A stretch of 63,932 nt of DNA, counting the filler, from Chrysochromulina tobinii (lineage: Eukaryota): the NCBI GenBank assembly GCA_001275005.1. It is 8 parts of 8 records of this genome, joined end to end, with 100 filler letters (N's around TTAATTAATTAA, not from the genome) between each part and the next. Parts side by side here need not be neighbours in the genome. Positions count along the whole stretch, not along the records: positions 48,544 to 62,123 come from JWZX01000230.1; positions 62,224 to 63,932 come from JWZX01000246.1; 6 more parts are not named here. One strand, 5' to 3'. Below are positions 58,943 to 63,932 of the stretch, piece by piece (position 1 is the stretch's first letter; each line of letters opens with the position of its first letter). The position numbers were made by a program, and so were the translations under genes. The notes beneath the pieces are model-generated. The model was not told the DNA's origin, did no database searches, and saw only the letters and a list, made by a program, of their open reading frames with translations.

Positions 58943-59618
58943 AATTTGAATGGCTCGAGGAACGCGCGTTTTATAAACGCGATGCCGACCGAGAAATATA
59001 TGTCTTATGTGTAATGTCGTATACGCAAAACGGTGAATCAAAATCGCCGCCCCGACGCCTACATAAGCCGAATCCGCCTCAATCGTGCCGCGCCGAAATT
59101 TCCCCGGTACTAGCCGAGAGGCAGCTCTACGGGCCTATACACATGCGGTCACGTGACAGCCCGACCGTCGACGTCGACACGTCGGCATAGTATCGCGCCG
59201 GCATAACGCCGCGTCTACCTCACTGCATCGCATGCAACACAAAGACTCACAATCTCGCGCAGCACACTCACAACGCACCGATGTCTCGTGGCACGACCCC
59301 GCGCCGTGCGCTCTCATCCCCCCCCACAGGATCTCCCCTGGATCTCCCCTGGATCTCCCCTGACCTCCCCTGGATTTCCCATCTCTCCCGAGGTCTCCGG
59401 AGTATCTCTATGCTGCGAACCGCACGAGATCGCGCACGAGTTCGCGCACGAGATCACATCCTCGATTTGGTCTGACTCTCGCACCGTCCGCGCGGCAGAG
59501 CAAATTCCGTTACGAATTCGTCAAATTCCGTTACGAATTCGTCGTCGGCCGATCCGTAAGCAGGTAAGCAGGTGCGCCTGCGCCGAGATCAACCCCGACG
59601 CTACCCGACCCGACCAGC

Positions 59619-60740
59619 TCAGATCAGAGACGAGTCCGGTGGCGGTGGCGGTGGTGGCGAAAAGGGGGCTCCGAACTGGCTGAACCCGCCAGGCGGCGGT
59701 GGCGGAGGGGAGGCGAACGACTCGCCGAAGCCCGCCCCGAACGACGGGGCCGACGCGAAACCAAACGTCGGGTCGGGCGGCGGGGGAGGCGGGGGCTCGC
59801 TGAAGTTGAACATATCGTTGGGCGCCGCCGCGGCGCCTCCCGCGCCCGGCGGCATCGCCCGAATCATGTTGGCGTAGGCCTGCTTGAACTTTTGTGAGCC
59901 CTGCTTCTCGAGCTCGACTTTGTACGTCTTGTTCGCGGCGTCGAACGATTTGATCCAACCGATCGACTCGGACCCATCGCTCCTCTTGACGTAGACGGCA
60001 TCGCCCACGTTGAAGCCCGGGGCGATGCCCGAGGTCGAAGGCCTCTTGCCCTTGACCGCTTTCGACTCCCGAAGTGCCTCCTGCGACACAACCTTGTACA
60101 GGCACGTGCCAGCGTCGTCTTCGTCCTCGAGCTCGACACGGTAGAGGCCCGTCTGCCTGTCGTACTCGACGACGCATCCGATCGACTCGTCCCCGCTGCT
60201 GCGCATGCAGTACACCATTTGGCCGACGGCGAAGCGCTGCAGCCGCAGTGGCTCTTCCAGATTCCGGTTTGGCAAGGGTTCGGAGGGTGACTCATTTTGG
60301 TTCGATGTGGAACGGAGCTCGTATCCGGCCATCGCGAGTCCCGAGGAAGCCAGGTTGCCGGCCGTGGAAACCCCTGACGCCGCCGCCGCCGCCGCCGCCG
60401 AAGCAGCAGCAGCCGCGGCCTTTGCTACCGCAGTAGGGTCCTTTGCGGCGTTGGCCGCAGCAGCGGCGGCGGCAGAGGCTGTGGCAGCGGCAACGGACGA
60501 GGCCGAGGAGGCCAGGCCGCCGGCCATCGCCAATCCCGAGGAGGCAAAAGCTGAGGCTCTCTCGGCCGCACTTTGGTAAGTGGGGAGCTGCTCATCTGGG
60601 TTATCTTCATTCTCAAACGCAGGGTTCGAACTGTCGGACCTGTCGACGAGGGTGCCAATGACGGTGTCACTCTTCGACTTGCGCCGCATGGATTTTGCCC
60701 GGAAGCTGCCCGAGCGAGCCAGGCTGATGAGGGACGACAT
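59619..60740 (-). CDS. Hypothetical protein with two Tudor/SH3-like beta-barrel repeats and Pro-rich tail
   Basis: FAVGQMVYCMRSSGDESIGCV and FNVGDAVYVKRSDGSESIGWI. Confidence 0.65.
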   Translation of the reverse strand: MSSLISLARSGSFRAKSMRRKSKSDTVIGTLVDRSDSSNPAFENEDNPDEQLPTYQSAAERASAFASSGLAMAGGLASSASSVAAATASAAAAAAANAAKDPTAVAKAAAAAASAAAAAAASGVSTAGNLASSGLAMAGYELRSTSNQNESPSEPLPNRNLEEPLRLQRFAVGQMVYCMRSSGDESIGCVVEYDRQTGLYRVELEDEDDAGTCLYKVVSQEALRESKAVKGKRPSTSGIAPGFNVGDAVYVKRSDGSESIGWIKSFDAANKTYKVELEKQGSQKFKQAYANMIRAMPPGAGGAAAAPNDMFNFSEPPPPPPPDPTFGFASAPSFGAGFGESFASPPPPPPGGFSQFGAPFSPPPPPPPDSSLI

Positions 60741-61032
60741 GCTCCGAGCTGACGCGGCGGTGTCGGCGGCGACGGCGCTGATCCCCTTTCGCGGCGGCAC
60801 CCCCGGCTCGTCACACTTGATGACGAGACACAGCCGACGGACGTTCACAAGAAAGGTGTTAAACGATGCACGACCTTTTCAACTGTGAATTGGTGCCTAC
60901 TCGGACTTTCGGTACAGTCGTTTCACACCTGTGAGCAACCTCATCATCCCCCAAGACTTCGTCCAACGAAACCGGTCCGCGGCTTCGCCTCTTACATTGT
61001 AGAGGCGCGCTTCCCTTTGGACGACGTGCAGA

Positions 61033-61767
61033 ATGAAGCTGCGCCTCCTCTGCCTACATTCTTTTCGGCTCTCCGGCGATTCGCTGCGCAAGCAGATGGC
61101 CGTATTCTCCAACTTTGCGTCCAGCATCGACGACATTTGCGAGCTGCACTACATGGACGGGAGCTTGCGCTGCGACGCCGAGGCAGAGGGCAAGCTCCCT
61201 CCGATGCTCAAAAAGGCTTTCGGCCCGCCGTACTACGAATGGTGGAATGCTCGACAGCACCACGACTCGGATGCTCTCGTGTACGACGGCATGCAAGCGA
61301 CGCTCGACAAGGTAGCGGCTCACGTGGCCGCTGAGGGACCGTTCGACGGCGTCCTCGGCTTCTCGCAGGGAGGATCCCTCGCCCATCTGCTGTGCGTGCT
61401 CGCGCAGCGCGGAGCCATCTCCATGCCGCCGTCACTGTTCTGCGTGGTCATCTCTGGACGAGCATCCCGCCACCACGAGCATTTGGAGCTCATGGAGGCG
61501 GCACGCAAGGCACCGTTGAAGCTTCCCTTGTGCGTCATTTACGGCGGGAAAGACACCGAGGTGCCGCCGCAAGAGACGCGGGCGCTCATGGAGACGATCG
61601 ATGAGGCGTCCCTGTGTACGATCTTCTTGCCCGAGGGCGGCCATCGAGTACCAAATCTCAACGAAGCGCAGGCGCAAGCGGTCCGCGCATTCCTCGAGGC
61701 GCGGCGCGATCAGATGGAGAGCGCCAATCTTGAGATGTGTATGGGCGGACCCGGAGGCCCAACATAG
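61033..61767 (+). CDS. FSH1/OVCA2-family serine hydrolase
   Basis: LRLLCLHSFR, GPFDGVLGFSQG, GGKD, GGHRVP. Confidence 0.92.
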   Translation: MKLRLLCLHSFRLSGDSLRKQMAVFSNFASSIDDICELHYMDGSLRCDAEAEGKLPPMLKKAFGPPYYEWWNARQHHDSDALVYDGMQATLDKVAAHVAAEGPFDGVLGFSQGGSLAHLLCVLAQRGAISMPPSLFCVVISGRASRHHEHLELMEAARKAPLKLPLCVIYGGKDTEVPPQETRALMETIDEASLCTIFLPEGGHRVPNLNEAQAQAVRAFLEARRDQMESANLEMCMGGPGGPT

Positions 61768-62000
61768 TGAGTGTGTGAAAAACGAGACGTTCACACTGAA
61801 TTCTGTTCGTTCCTCGGCGTTCTTCGCTCCGAACCCGGCCCAAAGGATTTGCTAAGAACAATCTTCGAGTGATTCGCACAAGTTGGCAGAAAAAGATGGG
61901 TGTGGGCTTCAACGAGGACAACTTTGCGCCTGAAGCTTGAAGGCATGACAGGCTTGAGAGGGGCTGCGAGAGTTACCGGCACAGTTTTAGTTGAGGTTAT

Positions 62001-62116
62001 TGCTCAACACGGATCTAATAGTCACACCACATGCTCAACACGGACTTAGCAAGTCCGTGTTGAGCTAAGTCCGTGTTGGGCATATTCACAGCTCACTAAG
62101 TCCGTGTTGAGCATAT
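62001..62116. repeat. Direct and inverted GCTCAACACGGA motifs with a perfect 15-bp hairpin
   Basis: GCTCAACACGGACTT-AGC-AAGTCCGTGTTGAGC at 62033-62065; five motif copies next to the contig end. Confidence 0.75.
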
Positions 62117-63073
62117 GGTTTTTNNNNNNNNNNNNNNNNNNNNNNNNNNNNNNNNNNNNNNNNNNNNTTAATTAATTAANNNNNNNNNNNNNNNNNNNNN
62201 NNNNNNNNNNNNNNNNNNNNNNNGCTGCCTGTTCGCAGCTCAAGCCCTCGCTCCACGCTAGCATCTCTCGCAGCCTGTAGGCCTCATCTGACAGAGGGAG
62301 CACCTCTCGTAGTCTGTTGGCCTCCTCCGAGGGAGGGTCGAGCTGCAATGCAGGGTTCCTGCTGGGCATGGCAGGGGCAGTTGTTGTGGGCCCCATAAGT
62401 CGCAGGGGAGGAGCAGCAGGGCCGCAGAGGAGCGCCGCTGCCGCTCGCTTTCGGCTGCGTCCAGGACCCAACGGGTCGAGCCCACTGCACATGTCCTGGA
62501 TCTTGCTCTGGGCAGAGGTGGCGGCGTCGGATGCGGTTGTTGAGATGGGGCTGGGTTGCGCTCGGGATCTGCGACCTCTTCCAGCACAGAGATTGCGCGT
62601 TGCATTGCTCGCTCTGCATGGTGAGTTACGCTGGTCTCCGCGTCAGCTCTGTCTGCTGCGCGCGGACACAGGGTATCGTGAGCGGAGCGAGATGTGGTGA
62701 CGCGCGGGGGGGCCGGGGCAACGGAGAGCGCGCGTATGTGACTGTGTGCACGCCCGCCCCAGGCGCGTGCGCGCGCCATCGCCAGAGAGTGCTGCGCGCA
62801 ACAACAGCAGTGGGACGCACCCGACATGGATGCGAACGGATTCTCCAGCTCGAACAGCTCCCTTTGAAACACACCGATACGACGCGCGCTTCGCCCATAG
62901 GAATTCCATCACACAAACCCAGATACAACCCTGCCCAGGACGTCCCCCACACCCCACTCCCAGCGCCCCTCCCCGCGCTACTGTACCGGTACGGGCCTTC
63001 GGCGCGCGCGCGGGTCCTCAGCGCGGCACACAGGGTTGTGTAAGTGTCGCGCGAAAACGCCTCGTGTAAACTC

Positions 63074-63932
63074 ATGAGCAGCAGTTCGACGCACGAATGC
63101 GAGTGTGGCCGGACGTTTGCTACTGGCCCCAAAAAGCGTCAGCACCAAGAGCATGGTCTTGGCTGTCAATCACACAAGGAGGCTCGCAACATCAAGTACC
63201 AGGGGCCAGCGAGTACGCCCCCCCCTCAGGCACCTGGCTTGATGGATCCGCTCCTCCACCTGGCGAAGGCCCGCGTGAGGCACGGCACACCACGTGCCGT
63301 CATAGAGGGCATGAAGCAGTGCCTGCAGGACCAAATGCGAGCGGCGCATACACGGCTGACGGCCGAATTGCAAAATCGGATAGGCCAGCAGCAGGCTGCC
63401 AATCTGGAAGAGTTGGTGCAGTCAGTATTTGAAGCAGGCGCAGATCTGGGTGCTCGGGACTCTGAGCTCGCGCTGCTCCGTGCATCCCCAGCCTATGTGA
63501 AGCCGGTGAGCAGGCATTTGGGCAAGTGCCCCCACTCTGGCGAAGAATTTGTCGCTTATGATACACCACTAGACAAGAACCTAGAAGCCATGTTTGCTAC
63601 AGCAGGCCTTTGGGATGAAATAAAATCAGGTGCTGCAACGATGATGCAGTCTGCAGCTAGCAGGCCAGATGAGCTCTCAGGAGCGGCAGGACCAGAGTTC
63701 TCTAAGGACAGGCGGGTGGACGACGTATATGACGGGACGGAGTTTCGTAAGTTCATGTGCAGGGTGAACATACAAGACAAGCACGTGCCGCTTATCTTCA
63801 TGTTTTACTACGACGGCTTGGAGGTGGTCAATGGGCTTGGTGCCGCTCATGGAAACCACGAGCTGGGCTGCTTCTATTGGGCGCTCCTCAACCTCACACC
63901 GCACTCGCGTTTGAGTCGCACTAATATCAGGC
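63074..63932 (+). mobile_element. EnSpm/CACTA-like DNA transposase ORF, open to the window end
   Basis: Hand translation without stops: MSSSSTHECECGRTF...HQEH (C2H2-like), DDVYDGTEF, FYYDGLEVVNGLG..HELGCFYWALLNLTPHSRLSRTNIR. Confidence 0.7.

Overview
GC-rich eukaryotic nuclear DNA. Gene content, GC-AG introns and repeat-filled introns suggest a haptophyte-like alga (inference only). The window is eight contigs joined by artificial N-TTAATTAATTAA-N linkers, so adjacency across linkers means nothing. Most genes are intronless housekeeping or hypothetical genes: SAM methyltransferase, class V aminotransferase, PH-domain protein, neurochondrin, OST-alpha transporter, F-box/LRR, GOLD-ankyrin, BORCS8, RecQ, sulfotransferase, PAF-acetylhydrolase, EF-hand, CobW GTPase, AP2-repeat protein and FSH1 hydrolase. 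The standout is a UGGT gene (48839-56125) that I could splice by hand through 17 introns into one continuous ~1625-aa ORF ending in KTEL. Most of these introns share one architecture: a variable-length (about 5-48 bp) direct duplication of neighbouring exon sequence plus a short module, GTGATTGCRT-(CTGATTGCGT)n-CCCTCATCAG or a variant, with microhomology at several junctions and no terminal inverted repeats. One intron carries a copy of a different exon from 2.7 kb downstream. Related introns occur in two or three other genes. This looks like a locally spreading intron-creating process distinct from TIR-type introners. Also found: a TIR-bounded non-autonomous element, an inverted duplicate of the EF-hand gene, and an open CACTA/EnSpm-like transposase ORF that the ORF track missed.
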